Source: an uncultured virus (IMG/VR IMGVR_UViG_3300035696_000033) (taxonomy: Duplodnaviria > Heunggongvirae > Uroviricota > Caudoviricetes). From it: a stretch of DNA of 64,000 nt. The position numbers and the translations under genes are program-made. Positions 28,714 to 38,989 of this stretch are shown piece by piece. The notes under the pieces were generated by a model, which worked only from the letters and a program-made list of their open reading frames with translations, did not search any database and was not told the origin of the DNA. The DNA lies in the IMG/VR virus record IMGVR_UViG_3300035696_000033. One strand, given 5' to 3'. Every line of letters starts with the position of its first letter. Positions within the stretch are counted from its first letter, which is position 1.

Positions 28714-30664
28714 AAACATCACCGTGAGCGGGGGCGTTTCGCGCACGCCGGGGCATTTGCGCATCACGCCGACGATGGTGGACGATTTCCTGATCGACCC
28801 GGTAATGGGAATCTACGTGATCTTTGGCGTGAAGCTGGACGTGTTCCAGTCCTATGCCACGCGGGTCACCTGGTGGGTGCCGAACGTGCTGGACAGCTCC
28901 GGGTTTGGGACGGGCAAATCGTTCCGCATCTGGCTGGTGACGAACCTGCGCGCGCTGCTGATCCCGGAGCAGCAAATCGTGGCGTATTACCAGGACTTTG
29001 GGGCGACGCGGGACGTTTTTTTTTCCAATTACAAGCGCTTTGGCAGCGACCGCGCGCCGATTTTTGCGGCACAGAAGGGCAACCTGGACGAGGAGGGCCT
29101 GGTGGAAGGCAAGGATTTGACGCGCGGGAGCGGTTGTTACAAACAGCATTTCAGGAACGGCAGCTGCCTGTTCGGGCCCGCGCCGAACTGGCTGCAGGGG
29201 GCGAAGGGACAGGCGAGCCGGACGTTCAACATGGCGGCGATAGACGAGTGGACGAAGATCGAGACGATGACGCCCAAGACGACGAAGCTGACGGGCAACG
29301 GCGGGGAACTGATTGGCGGCATTGACCAGCAGATCATCGGCCGCGTGCGTGGAATCAACTTCAACCGGAACCACATGCTCTGGGGCAACCACATTGTGTT
29401 CACGGCCACGGCGGAAAGCACGCAGCACCCCGGCTACTCGCGCTACCGGCAGTTCCAAAAGGAGGTGGAAAACAGCAATCCACATTACGCCATCATCCAT
29501 TCCTGCTTCAAGGATTTTTCGAACGTGCGGATGGAGGACCAGATCGGGGTGAGGGAAACGGAGGTGGGCGGCCGGATGGAACGGCATTTGTGTTCGAGGC
29601 TGGGCAAACCGTTCAAGCAGGTGGTGCCGGATTTCAACGCCATCAAGATGCTGAAAGGCCGGTCGCGGGCGCATTTCCTGCGCGAGGGGCTTGGGCTGTG
29701 GGCGCGCGACACGCAGGGATTTTATTCCGAGGACGCGCTGGGCCGGTGTGTGACGGCGGGCATCTCCGCCGGGACGGAGCCGCAAATTGCGCGCGATAAA
29801 ATCGCGGGCGGTTCGCAGGATACGCAGGAGCATTATTTCATGGGGATTGACCCGGCGGCGGCGCAGCGAAACAAGTCGGACGACGGCGGCATGGGGGTGT
29901 TGAGGCTGCGGCCGCGTCCGGGCATTGGCCGGCCGCCGACAAGCGTGCCGGCGGACTGGCTGTTTGAATACGTCTGGGCCTATCGCGTGCGGGGCCAAAT
30001 CAAGCGCGACGGCGACGCCGACGCCACGCTGTTCGCGCAGCGCGCGGGCGACTGGAGCGGCATCATCCACGGCAAGCACCTGCATTTCGGGTTTGACGGC
30101 ATCATGATGGATTCGCAGGGGGGCGGACAGCTCATCTGGCCGGAGCTGAACAAGGTGCGGCAGCGCATTGCGGGCGTGGAACGGGAGGTTGTTCCCATTG
30201 CCGCGCCGGGTGAAGGCTCCATCGGCAGCGCGACCTACATCCTGATGCTGTTCCTGCGCGAATACCTCGATGAACTCTGGCCGGCGCTGGCGCCGGGCGT
30301 GGACAGCCTTTACACATCGGCCCATCTGGCGTTCCGCGACGCCGTGGAGCACGGCGAGATCCTTTTTCCAAAGCCGTTCAACGAGCGGCCGTCGGCGGAG
30401 ACGGCGGCGTGGCCGGCGGAGAAGAAGTGGGCGCTGATCGGCCTTGATGAGGCCCGGCGGCAGATGGTGAACATCCAGGTGGGGACCAAGGAATCCGGCG
30501 AGTGGGATTTGACCCGGAACGGATCGCTCCGGTTTACGAGCATTGGCAAGAAGGACATGGCGTATTCACTGCTCTATGCGTATGTGCGGGCGTTGATCTG
30601 GCTCAAGACGGGCGAGCTGGATTACGGCGAGGGGGACGACGAGGTGGGGTGTTATCCGGGCTGA
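28700..30664 (+). CDS. terL: Terminase large subunit
   Basis: Walker A SGFGTGKS, Walker B AAIDEW, nuclease FMGIDPA..SDD, MMDSQGGG, KKDMAYS. Confidence 0.85.
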   Translation: MIADKNITVSGGVSRTPGHLRITPTMVDDFLIDPVMGIYVIFGVKLDVFQSYATRVTWWVPNVLDSSGFGTGKSFRIWLVTNLRALLIPEQQIVAYYQDFGATRDVFFSNYKRFGSDRAPIFAAQKGNLDEEGLVEGKDLTRGSGCYKQHFRNGSCLFGPAPNWLQGAKGQASRTFNMAAIDEWTKIETMTPKTTKLTGNGGELIGGIDQQIIGRVRGINFNRNHMLWGNHIVFTATAESTQHPGYSRYRQFQKEVENSNPHYAIIHSCFKDFSNVRMEDQIGVRETEVGGRMERHLCSRLGKPFKQVVPDFNAIKMLKGRSRAHFLREGLGLWARDTQGFYSEDALGRCVTAGISAGTEPQIARDKIAGGSQDTQEHYFMGIDPAAAQRNKSDDGGMGVLRLRPRPGIGRPPTSVPADWLFEYVWAYRVRGQIKRDGDADATLFAQRAGDWSGIIHGKHLHFGFDGIMMDSQGGGQLIWPELNKVRQRIAGVEREVVPIAAPGEGSIGSATYILMLFLREYLDELWPALAPGVDSLYTSAHLAFRDAVEHGEILFPKPFNERPSAETAAWPAEKKWALIGLDEARRQMVNIQVGTKESGEWDLTRNGSLRFTSIGKKDMAYSLLYAYVRALIWLKTGELDYGEGDDEVGCYPG

Positions 30665-30667
30665 ACC

Positions 30668-30706
30668 AGAAAGAGTCCCCGGAACAAAACCAAAAGGGTT
30701 CAGACT
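30668..30706 (+). promoter_or_regulatory. Phage late-promoter motif copy 2
   Basis: AGAAAGAGTCCCCGGAACAAAACCAAAAGGGTTCAGACT; TCCCCG-N19-CAGACT. Confidence 0.7.
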
Positions 30707-30719
30707 ACTTGAAGCGACG

Positions 30720-32189
30720 ATGAGCAGAAAACTAAAACGGAAGGCAACGCAACTGGCCGGCGGCGGCGGCGACTTTGTCGGCAGCGGCGGCGACATTGAC
30801 AACTCAATGTTCTGGTTTGGCGACCTGAACATCTGGGGCGCGTTCCCGACCACGCCGACGGTCTACCAGAAGCCGCGGTCGCAAGTGTTCTACATGACGC
30901 GCAACTGGTTTGAGCGCCAGGTGTTTGTGCGCCAGATCATCCTGCTGCGGTTTGCGATTTTCAATTACGGATTCAACCTGAACGGCATCAACCCCTTCAT
31001 GATGCCGGCAAAGCCGGAAAAAGAATGGAGCGGGGAAACGCGGCGGACCCACGAATGGTTGAGCGACAAATGGTATGGCATCCCGACGCACAAGCTGGTC
31101 GCGCAGTTTGTGCGGGACGCATGGATGGAATGGCTCATCCAGGACAATGTGATCTGCATCTGGAGGAAGCGAAAATCGGGCAGCCGTCCGCTGGTCTATC
31201 CGGTGGAGCAATGTTCGTATGCCGATGATTTCGGGGTGGAGCGGCTGGCGTTCGCGCACGGATTGAGCCGGAGCAACGTGGAGGGGCTCAAACTGCCGAG
31301 GGATGAAAGCAGCGCGTTGAAACAATCCCGCGACGTCAACCTGACCAAGACCGGCAATGAATCGGACAGCAACCTGTTTGATTTTGAGGTGGTGAAGCGT
31401 TCGCGGTTCGGCTTTGGGCTGGCGTGGCCGCAGATCCGCACCCTCTTCAACACCGTGGGCGCGTGGGAGGCGCTGGAGCTGGCGGACTGGCAGCTGTGCG
31501 ACGCGCTGCGCACGGTGTATGAGCTGCACAAGATCGGCCACGAAATCAAGAACGGCCCCCATGCCGGGAGTGCCGCGCATTTCCTGACCAAGAAGCGCGC
31601 CGATGCGGTGCGCAAGCAGATCGCCCACAACCAGCAGACGCTGGCGGCGGTGAAGCGGTTGATTGTGAACTTCGACCACGCGGTGGAATATCCGCGACCC
31701 GACCCGAAGAATTTTTCCGAGGTGCGCTTTGAGGGGATGTTCAACCGCCTGCTTTACTGGTCCATGCCGCTGGGCCAGATGATTTTTGCGCAATCTGTCA
31801 ATCCGTTCCTGATGCCGTTCCTCAAGGCGCAGGCCGCGAACGAGCGCCAGTTCATGTCTGAATTCATCCAGACCGTGCTGGTCAAGACGCTGGGCGCGCC
31901 GGAGCAAACACGGCCTGGATTTTGCGATGACGTGTTCTGGGACAGCCGGCTGCTGGCGGACATCCTCAAGACCGGACTGACCACGGGGCCGTTGAGCGAT
32001 GAAACGTGGCTCACCAAGAGCGGTTTCAATCCCGAACAGGAGCGCGAGCTGAAAGACAAGGCGGTGAGCCATCCTCTGCACCAGCACGTCCCCATATTTG
32101 ATTCGGCGCACGGCGACCAGAACGGCGACAAGGGCGGACGGCCCGCCGGGAAAACCGACAAGAAACCACGCAAGAGCGAACGGGAGTAA
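30720..32189 (+). CDS. Portal protein (putative)
   Basis: 489 aa directly after terL; C-terminal GGRP tail typical of portals. Confidence 0.7.
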   Translation: MSRKLKRKATQLAGGGGDFVGSGGDIDNSMFWFGDLNIWGAFPTTPTVYQKPRSQVFYMTRNWFERQVFVRQIILLRFAIFNYGFNLNGINPFMMPAKPEKEWSGETRRTHEWLSDKWYGIPTHKLVAQFVRDAWMEWLIQDNVICIWRKRKSGSRPLVYPVEQCSYADDFGVERLAFAHGLSRSNVEGLKLPRDESSALKQSRDVNLTKTGNESDSNLFDFEVVKRSRFGFGLAWPQIRTLFNTVGAWEALELADWQLCDALRTVYELHKIGHEIKNGPHAGSAAHFLTKKRADAVRKQIAHNQQTLAAVKRLIVNFDHAVEYPRPDPKNFSEVRFEGMFNRLLYWSMPLGQMIFAQSVNPFLMPFLKAQAANERQFMSEFIQTVLVKTLGAPEQTRPGFCDDVFWDSRLLADILKTGLTTGPLSDETWLTKSGFNPEQERELKDKAVSHPLHQHVPIFDSAHGDQNGDKGGRPAGKTDKKPRKSERE

Positions 32190-32190
32190 A

Positions 32191-34107
32191 ATGAGCATAC
32201 TTGGCAACACCCAAATCAACGGGCGCGCGACCCAAACACTGGCCGCGCAAAACCCCAACGACCTGATCCGGCTGGGGGAGGCGCAACAATTGTTGTTGAG
32301 CGTGCTGGCGGGAAGCTGGAACGGCACGAGCACGTTCACACGGGGCCAGCTCGTGGTGAGAAACAACGCGGTGTATATCTGCCTGCAGCCCACGAGTTTG
32401 AACCAGGACCCGGCGACGAATCCCAGTGTATGGACGCTGGTGTTGTCCGGCGGGGTGAACGGGAACAATGGCCAAACGGTTTATGTCGCCTTTGCGAGCG
32501 ATACGAACGGCACCGGTTACAGCCTGACGCCGGGAAGCGGCCTGAACTACATCGCGTTTCTGCAATCGGCGACGGCCCCGACCGGCGCGTCGAGCTTTGC
32601 CGGGTTATGGAAACAATTTGTGGGCGCAAATGGCAGCAACGGCGCAAACGGCAGCAACGGCCAGACCGTCTATGTGGCGTTCGCGAGCGACGCGCTTGGC
32701 ACCGGTTACAGCCTGACGCCGGGAAGCGGCCTGAACTACATCGCGTTTCTGCAATCGGCGACGGCCCCGACCGGCGCGTCAAGCTTTGCCGGGTTGTGGC
32801 AGCAATTTGTCGGAGCCGCCGGTGCGGCGGGGGCCGCGGGCGCGACGGGTGCGGCGGGCCAGTCGGCCTACCTTTATGTTGGATATGCCAGCGACACGAA
32901 CGGCACCGGATTCAGCCTGACCCCCGGCACCAGCCTGAACTACATCGCGCTGCTGGCGAGCAGCACGGTCATCAACTCGCCGAACGCCGGCAATTTCACC
33001 GGGCTATGGAAGCAGTATGTGGCCGGCATTTCATCCGTCGCCAGTCCGCTGACGTTGACGGGCGGCGTGCTGGGCATCAACGCGGCCTCCGCCAACACCG
33101 CGAACTATGTTGTCCAGCGAGACGGCAGCGGCAACTTCACGGCGGGAACCGTGACGCTGACGGCCGCGGTGATCGGTTCGGCCACGTTGAGTTTTTCCAG
33201 CAGCGCATTGCAGGTGAACGCGCCGGTGGTGATGCCGGCACTGACGGTGGGAACACTGTCTGGAATCCTGCAGGCGACCGGCGGCGTCATCACCGGGAGC
33301 GCGACGACGGACAATCTGGCGGAGGGCGCGACCAACCAATATTTCACGCAGGCGCGCGTCCGGGCGACGCCGTTGACGGGCTACACGACGACGGCGGGTT
33401 CTCCGGTGGTGCTGGCGACCGACACGATTCTGTCGGCGCTGGGCAAACTGGACGCGGCGCTGGTGAGCGGCGGCGGTTTTGCGGCGCTGGCCGGGGCAAC
33501 CTTCACGGGCGCGGTGACGATCGCGCCGGGCGCGGCCGCGGGCGGAAGCCCGAACATGCTTGTGCTGACCGGGGCGGCGAACACCGCGCTGGCCGGCGGC
33601 ACTGAATCCAGCGACGCGGTTTTTAATTTCGCGCGCACGGTGCAGTTCAATACCGGGGCGCTCCCGCTGCAGCGGTCGTTGCGGGTGGAGGCGCCGACCT
33701 ATGCGTTTGTGGCGGCCTCGACCCTGACCATTGCCGCGACGGTGGGCATCTCCGGCTGTCCGGCGGCCGGAACGAATGCGACGATCACCACGGCGGCGGC
33801 GCTGAAAATTTACAGCGGGGCGGCGGGGGCCGGCACTGTGAGCGCCTACGGCCTGTATGTGGACGCGCCGACGGGGGCGGCGAACAATTACGCGGCGGCG
33901 TTCAACACCGGAAACGTGGGCATTGGAACCGGCGCCCCCACCACCCAGCTTGACATCAGCGGAAGCTTCCTCCGGCTGCGCACGGCCCACACGCCCTCGA
34001 CGAGTTCCGAAGCGGGAAACCAGGGGGAACTGTTCTGGGACGCGACCTATCTTTATTGCCGCACCGCCAGCGCCACTGTGAAGCGGATTGCGTGGGCCTC
34101 GTTCTGA
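32191..34107 (+). CDS. Head/tail fibre-like protein with three ~63-aa repeats
   Basis: GQTVYVAFASD..YIAFL..GLWKQ x3, TTDNLAEGATNQYFTQAR, GNVGIGT, C-terminal GELFWDATYLYC. Confidence 0.75.
   Translation: MSILGNTQINGRATQTLAAQNPNDLIRLGEAQQLLLSVLAGSWNGTSTFTRGQLVVRNNAVYICLQPTSLNQDPATNPSVWTLVLSGGVNGNNGQTVYVAFASDTNGTGYSLTPGSGLNYIAFLQSATAPTGASSFAGLWKQFVGANGSNGANGSNGQTVYVAFASDALGTGYSLTPGSGLNYIAFLQSATAPTGASSFAGLWQQFVGAAGAAGAAGATGAAGQSAYLYVGYASDTNGTGFSLTPGTSLNYIALLASSTVINSPNAGNFTGLWKQYVAGISSVASPLTLTGGVLGINAASANTANYVVQRDGSGNFTAGTVTLTAAVIGSATLSFSSSALQVNAPVVMPALTVGTLSGILQATGGVITGSATTDNLAEGATNQYFTQARVRATPLTGYTTTAGSPVVLATDTILSALGKLDAALVSGGGFAALAGATFTGAVTIAPGAAAGGSPNMLVLTGAANTALAGGTESSDAVFNFARTVQFNTGALPLQRSLRVEAPTYAFVAASTLTIAATVGISGCPAAGTNATITTAAALKIYSGAAGAGTVSAYGLYVDAPTGAANNYAAAFNTGNVGIGTGAPTTQLDISGSFLRLRTAHTPSTSSEAGNQGELFWDATYLYCRTASATVKRIAWASF
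32470..33020 (+). repeat. Intragenic tandem repeat, ~189-bp unit x3
   Basis: Near-identical units start at 32470 and 32659; a diverged third at 32857. Confidence 0.85.
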
Positions 34108-35129
34108 TGAAAACCAGAAACTCCATCATCCAGCAACCGGCGCGCGGCGTCTCGCTCTGCGGCGGCCAGAAATCCATCACGATTGACGGGCGCACCTTCA
34201 CGCCCGACCCGGACACGGCCTATGTCGAGTTCCAACTGGCGCACGCGTTTCCGGTGACGACGAAATACCGCACGGGAATTCATCCGCAGGTGGTGGCGAA
34301 CAGCTACCGCACGATGGTCAACAAGGTGTTCAACCTCGCGCACATCATGCGGAAATACGACGTGAAAAACAATCCGCAGGACCGGATGCTGGGCACGGTG
34401 ATTGCGGTGGAATTCCCCGCAGGCCCCAATCAAATCACCTGCAAGTGCGGCTGCACGTTCCAGTGGTCGGAACAGCCGGAGGCGGGCATGGGTTCCGTGA
34501 AATGCCCGGACTGCGAACTGACCCACACGCAACCGACCTGGGGGGTGCAGTCCAGCCGTGACAGCGCGCCGGGGATTCGCGCCGTGGCCGTGATGCACAA
34601 GGCCGCCCAATGGGTGAACGAAATCCTGTCGAGCTGGGCGGCGGGCAACACGCCGTTCAATTCCGACGGTGAATGGACGGTCAGCATGGAGAACCAGCAC
34701 GACCTGGAAGAGAGCGGATTCATTGTCAAGATCAGCGGCGCCAAGGGGCCAATCCTCCCGGGGCAGGATGGATTTTCAAAAAACACGCCGGAGGATTTGA
34801 AGGCGATGGGCTACATCTATGTGCCCTGCATGACCGCGCCGATTGCGCTGCTTGAATGCCTGAACAATGACGAGGACGACGCGCGGGAGGGAATCACCTC
34901 CACGCGCGTCTGCCGCGATTACATGGGGTGCGAAACCATCCTGCTGCTGAACGGGATTAACGGCATGATCCGGTTCAAGGGCGTGGGTCTCTGCCCGGCC
35001 GGAATGGAGCCGGAGGCGCACGTCAAGACGATGCTTGCGGCGGAACAGATGTTCAACCTTGACCGCGTGGCGGGCGCCTTTGACGACGTTTTTGGCGACA
35101 CCGTCCGGGGCATTAAAACGCCCCAATAA
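34107..35129 (+). CDS. Putative head maturation protease/morphogenesis protein
   Basis: Position between portal and scaffold/capsid; FNLAH, VSME, FKGVGL motifs. Confidence 0.5.
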   Translation: MKTRNSIIQQPARGVSLCGGQKSITIDGRTFTPDPDTAYVEFQLAHAFPVTTKYRTGIHPQVVANSYRTMVNKVFNLAHIMRKYDVKNNPQDRMLGTVIAVEFPAGPNQITCKCGCTFQWSEQPEAGMGSVKCPDCELTHTQPTWGVQSSRDSAPGIRAVAVMHKAAQWVNEILSSWAAGNTPFNSDGEWTVSMENQHDLEESGFIVKISGAKGPILPGQDGFSKNTPEDLKAMGYIYVPCMTAPIALLECLNNDEDDAREGITSTRVCRDYMGCETILLLNGINGMIRFKGVGLCPAGMEPEAHVKTMLAAEQMFNLDRVAGAFDDVFGDTVRGIKTPQ

Positions 35130-35136
35130 AAAAATC

Positions 35137-35175
35137 AGAAACGGTCCCCGATTCAAAAAAAAACCATGTCAAACT
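35137..35175 (+). promoter_or_regulatory. Phage late-promoter motif copy 3
   Basis: AGAAACGGTCCCCGATTCAAAAAAAAACCATGTCAAACT; TCCCCG-N19-CAAACT. Confidence 0.6.
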
Positions 35176-35221
35176 CCCACCATTGAAGTGCGATGCACAA
35201 CAAAAAACAACAAACACGAAT

Positions 35222-36055
35222 ATGATTCTGCCTAAAAATTCAAAAGATGTCGCCGCGCTGCGGAGTTTTCTCACCACGCTGCGCACGCAAGCCTGCTCCT
35301 CCGGCGAAGCCTTCACCGGCGCGCTGAAACAAATGCGGGACGACCTGGTCACCAAACTGGACGCCTTCATTGACGAGATTCCCAAAGGCGACGTGCCCGG
35401 CGACTGGTGCATGGAGGACAAGCTGGACACCCTTTGCGCGCTGCTCGCGTCGGCCATCGCGCAATCCTCGCTCTCGGCCCTGGAGGTTGCCAAGCTCAAC
35501 ACACAGATGGCGGGCATGGTGGATGCGGCCATCAAGTCCAAGATTGAATCCGGCGACCTGCTGACCAAGGACATGCACACCACCGCCGTCCAGAGCGCCA
35601 TCGCCGACCAGACAAAGGCTGGCGCGGTCGTTCCCAAGGACACCGTCACCCAGCTTTGCGCCGACGCCAAGAAGCTCGGCATTGCGGAGGGGGAGAAGAA
35701 CATCCGCGATCAAATGGCCGCCGAATCCGCCACCGCCAAGCTCATCTCCGATCGGAAGGACGCCCTGCAGAAGGCCGGCAAGCCGATCCCCGAGGCCGAG
35801 TTTGAACGCGTCCTCGCCGGAACCGACGAGCAGTTCAACGCGGTCGTCACCAAGTTTGACGCGCGCCTCGCCGGCCTCAAGAAGGCCGGGGTGCAGCTCG
35901 CGGGATCCCCGCTGATGAGCAAACTGTTCCTGCCGGATGCGGACTACCGCACCTTTGAGGCGACCGTCACGAGCATTGACGCGCTGAAAACGCCGCCCCG
36001 CGAGGTGCTTGCCGCGGCCGGGGAAACCGCGCCCGAAAAAAAATTCGTCGTCTGA
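35222..36055 (+). CDS. Putative scaffolding protein
   Basis: Ala/Lys-rich helical protein upstream of capsid genes. Confidence 0.5.
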   Translation: MILPKNSKDVAALRSFLTTLRTQACSSGEAFTGALKQMRDDLVTKLDAFIDEIPKGDVPGDWCMEDKLDTLCALLASAIAQSSLSALEVAKLNTQMAGMVDAAIKSKIESGDLLTKDMHTTAVQSAIADQTKAGAVVPKDTVTQLCADAKKLGIAEGEKNIRDQMAAESATAKLISDRKDALQKAGKPIPEAEFERVLAGTDEQFNAVVTKFDARLAGLKKAGVQLAGSPLMSKLFLPDADYRTFEATVTSIDALKTPPREVLAAAGETAPEKKFVV

Positions 36056-36096
36056 ACAAACCAATCAACAACCACATTTAACCAACCAAAAAAATT

Positions 36097-36657
36097 ATGA
36101 ATCAACCTGTCGTCAAACCGCTGTTCCAGGTCACCCGTCGTGGCCCGCGTCCGAACCGCTCTGTTGCACTCCCCATCACGCTCGCGGCCTGTTCCGCCGG
36201 GACGGCCTTCATGGAGGCCACGCCGTCGCTGGACAGCAGTGAGGCGGTGGCGCTGGCGGACGGCTCGATGGAATTTCTGGGCTTCATCACCCGCGACATC
36301 CTCGCGGCGATCAACGGCGTCCCGGCGGTGCCGGTGCCGACCTACGCGGAATTATCCGTGGGGGCCGCTCCGAGCCTGCCGCTGGAGACGGCGTTCAGCG
36401 CCGGGCTGGAAGGCTCGCTGGAGGACGCGGATGAATACGAGGCGGAAGGCCCGTCGTTCATCAGCTCCGGCAACGGCGGCGGACGCGACCTGGCGGCGAA
36501 CACGCCCATCGGCACGCGGGTCAGCTTTTACGGCGGCGTGACGGCCATCGCCTTGAGCGGCCAGCGCGCGGAATTCTTCCTCAAGGAAATGCAAACGCCG
36601 CAGGTGGCGGGAAACCTCCGCATGGCCTTCGCCCGCATCTACGGCGACAAGCTCTGA
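36097..36657 (+). CDS. Putative capsid decoration protein
   Basis: 186 aa immediately before the capsid-sized ORF. Confidence 0.5.
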   Translation: MNQPVVKPLFQVTRRGPRPNRSVALPITLAACSAGTAFMEATPSLDSSEAVALADGSMEFLGFITRDILAAINGVPAVPVPTYAELSVGAAPSLPLETAFSAGLEGSLEDADEYEAEGPSFISSGNGGGRDLAANTPIGTRVSFYGGVTAIALSGQRAEFFLKEMQTPQVAGNLRMAFARIYGDKL

Positions 36658-36715
36658 TTTTTTTAACCGCATCATCTAGATATTTCTAACAAATTCCAAT
36701 CCAACCAACACCAAT

Positions 36716-37960
36716 ATGAAAAACGACAAAGTGATTGAACTGCCGGTGAGCAACATGAGCGTCGGCGAGCTGGAAGCCCGCTTCCGCTATTTCGCGCGGC
36801 GCGCCAAGAGCCTGTGCGGCACAATCCTCGTGAACGGCAAGCCGCAGCCGGCCAGCTCGGTGAGCGGATTTTTTGAGCAGATGGCCGCCGGGTTGAACGA
36901 CCCGGACACGACCCGCCTGCGCAACGAATTTCTGGACAAGGTGTCCAAGAACGACCCGGTGGCGCGCGAGCAGTTCTGCGCCCTCCGCCTTGAAACCTAC
37001 CGCAACTCGCTTTACGCGCAAATGGACTGGATAAACCAGTATTTCACGGTGGTGGAGCTGGCTTCGGATGAGCGGCCGCTGGTGCAGAACACGTTTGACC
37101 AGGAGGTCAAATGCTTTTATGTCGGGGCCGACGGGCGGCCGAAGAGCCAGAAGGTGTTCAAGGACGACGTGGAAGTGGCGCTGCCGCTGCGCGTGCTTTC
37201 GACGCCCATCATCCGCTACAAGGTGGTTGACCTTTATCGCGGCAGCATCGTGGACCAGGCGCTCAAGACATTGCACCTGTCCCGCGACATGGCGAACATG
37301 ATGGAGAGCGAGGCGTTCAAGCTCATCCAGAACAACGCCTTTGGCACGTTCATCTTCACCGGCAAGCGCGCGACCTGGCCGTATGTGGCGAACAGCTACA
37401 TCAACATTTCCAACCTGCCCACCACGAACGATGTGACCGTGTTGAATGCCAAGGGGTATTTCGACTGGCCCGTTCTGGATGAAATCATCGACTACGCATC
37501 CCGATTCAACGGCGTGCTGGCCGAGGAGGCGCAAATGGAGTTCAAACCGACCGGCCGGATCCGCCTGCCCTCAAGCCATGTGCGTTACTTTGGCACGATT
37601 GCCGCCGGCAGCAGCACGCCGGGCAGCATGACGCCCGCCGCTCCGCTGGCCACCAAGCCCGAGGAGGAAATATTGGAGAAGGGCTGGATCAAGGTTTACT
37701 ACAAGGGGATCAACTGGGTGTTCATCCCGGACGCCACGCTGGACCCGACGGTCAACAAGTGCTACCCGGAATTCACCATCAAGCCGGGGCGTGTCTTCCG
37801 CAAGCCGTCGCTCGACGCGGAATTCCTCCGCACCGGCGCGCAGGACAGGGACCTGTTTGCGGCCAACGAGGAGGAGCGCGGCATGAAAACCGTGTTCAAT
37901 TGTTACTTCAACACCGCGCGGCAGATCTATTTCGCGCGATTCGACTACACCGCCCATTAA
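36716..37960 (+). CDS. Major capsid protein (putative)
   Basis: 414 aa, strongly biased codons, canonical position, followed by a long hairpin. Confidence 0.65.
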   Translation: MKNDKVIELPVSNMSVGELEARFRYFARRAKSLCGTILVNGKPQPASSVSGFFEQMAAGLNDPDTTRLRNEFLDKVSKNDPVAREQFCALRLETYRNSLYAQMDWINQYFTVVELASDERPLVQNTFDQEVKCFYVGADGRPKSQKVFKDDVEVALPLRVLSTPIIRYKVVDLYRGSIVDQALKTLHLSRDMANMMESEAFKLIQNNAFGTFIFTGKRATWPYVANSYINISNLPTTNDVTVLNAKGYFDWPVLDEIIDYASRFNGVLAEEAQMEFKPTGRIRLPSSHVRYFGTIAAGSSTPGSMTPAAPLATKPEEEILEKGWIKVYYKGINWVFIPDATLDPTVNKCYPEFTIKPGRVFRKPSLDAEFLRTGAQDRDLFAANEEERGMKTVFNCYFNTARQIYFARFDYTAH

Positions 37961-37961
37961 G

Positions 37962-38014
37962 TTTCGCCTGAACACCTGCCCCCGACGCAAGCCGGGGGCA
38001 GCCTTCAGGTGAAA
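37962..38014 (+). other. Long stem-loop after the capsid gene (stabiliser/processing site)
   Basis: TTTCGCCTGAA..CTGCCCCCG / CGGGGGCAG..TTCAGGTGAAA; no U tract. Confidence 0.55.
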
Positions 38015-38046
38015 ACCAAACCGTCGATAAATAACATCCAAAAATT

Positions 38047-38910
38047 ATGAAATATCTACCCGCAGCCGTGGCCGCCAGCGACATCACGCTGGCAACCGAC
38101 CCCTACCTGGGCGGCGAATTCCAGGTTTTCCTTTCCGACACGCAATCCATCCGGCTGGGCGACATCGCGATGACGTCGTCCGGCAATGGCGCGAATCCGC
38201 CCGCCACATGGACGGCGAAGGCCGGCGCAACCATTGTTGGCGTCGGCGGCAGTGGTGCGGATTTGCAGATCGTCTCCGAGGACCGCCTGAACAGCGCGGT
38301 CAACTGCGTCGTGACCCTGAACGTCACGGACGATCTGGGCGCGGTGACCACGGCGTCCGGCACGTTTGCCGCGCCGGCGCGCGCGAGCAACCAGAGCTCC
38401 AACTTTGGCCGCGGCTACGCGGTGGACCTGCAGGTGGCGACGAGCACGCCGACCGCCCCCCGCAAGGTTGCGAGCATCGCCGGGCTGGCCTCGATTGTGG
38501 GCGGCAGCCGCGGCTGCAAGTTTGCGGTGTATCAACTGCCGGAGCTGGCCAGCTACGTGCTGGTGGGCGCGACGACGGAGAAGAAGTTCAACACCAAGTC
38601 CCGCGGCGCGGTGGGCATTGACATCGGCATGGAGGCGGACGCGGCGATCAAGCTTGGCAAGACCAAGAAGGGCGAGCTGACGATTGACACCAAGTTCGGC
38701 TCGCTGTCCGACGGCCTGGCGCGCTTTGACGGCGCGCGGTGCACCGCGCTGCTGGTGGGCATGAAGGATGAAGTCCTTACCGAGCAGAACCTCGTGTTTG
38801 TGAACTTCACCCCCAGCGTGGAGATCACCGCGCCGGAGGGCGACGGCGAGTCCATGGCGAACGCGGCGACGGGCAAGTTCGCGGATCACCTGTTCTTTGT
38901 GGCGCCGTAA
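38047..38910 (+). CDS. Putative major tail or other structural protein
   Basis: 287 aa; C-terminal GELTID..LVFVNFTPSVEIT tube-like beta pattern. Confidence 0.5.
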   Translation: MKYLPAAVAASDITLATDPYLGGEFQVFLSDTQSIRLGDIAMTSSGNGANPPATWTAKAGATIVGVGGSGADLQIVSEDRLNSAVNCVVTLNVTDDLGAVTTASGTFAAPARASNQSSNFGRGYAVDLQVATSTPTAPRKVASIAGLASIVGGSRGCKFAVYQLPELASYVLVGATTEKKFNTKSRGAVGIDIGMEADAAIKLGKTKKGELTIDTKFGSLSDGLARFDGARCTALLVGMKDEVLTEQNLVFVNFTPSVEITAPEGDGESMANAATGKFADHLFFVAP

Positions 38911-38952
38911 TTGATTTTGAAGCGAACCGCCCCCGGGCGATAGCTTCAAAGG

Positions 38953-38986
38953 GCGGCAACAGGATTTTCCGGTTGCCGCTTTTTTT
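38953..38986 (+). terminator. Rho-independent terminator
   Basis: GCGGCAAC / GTTGCCGC stem followed by T7. Confidence 0.8.
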
Positions 38987-38989
38987 AAC

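Noticed and set aside
32470..33020. Diversity-generating retroelement TR/VR pair
   Set aside because: Repeats are tandem and in frame, differences are not adenine-specific, and no reverse transcriptase is present
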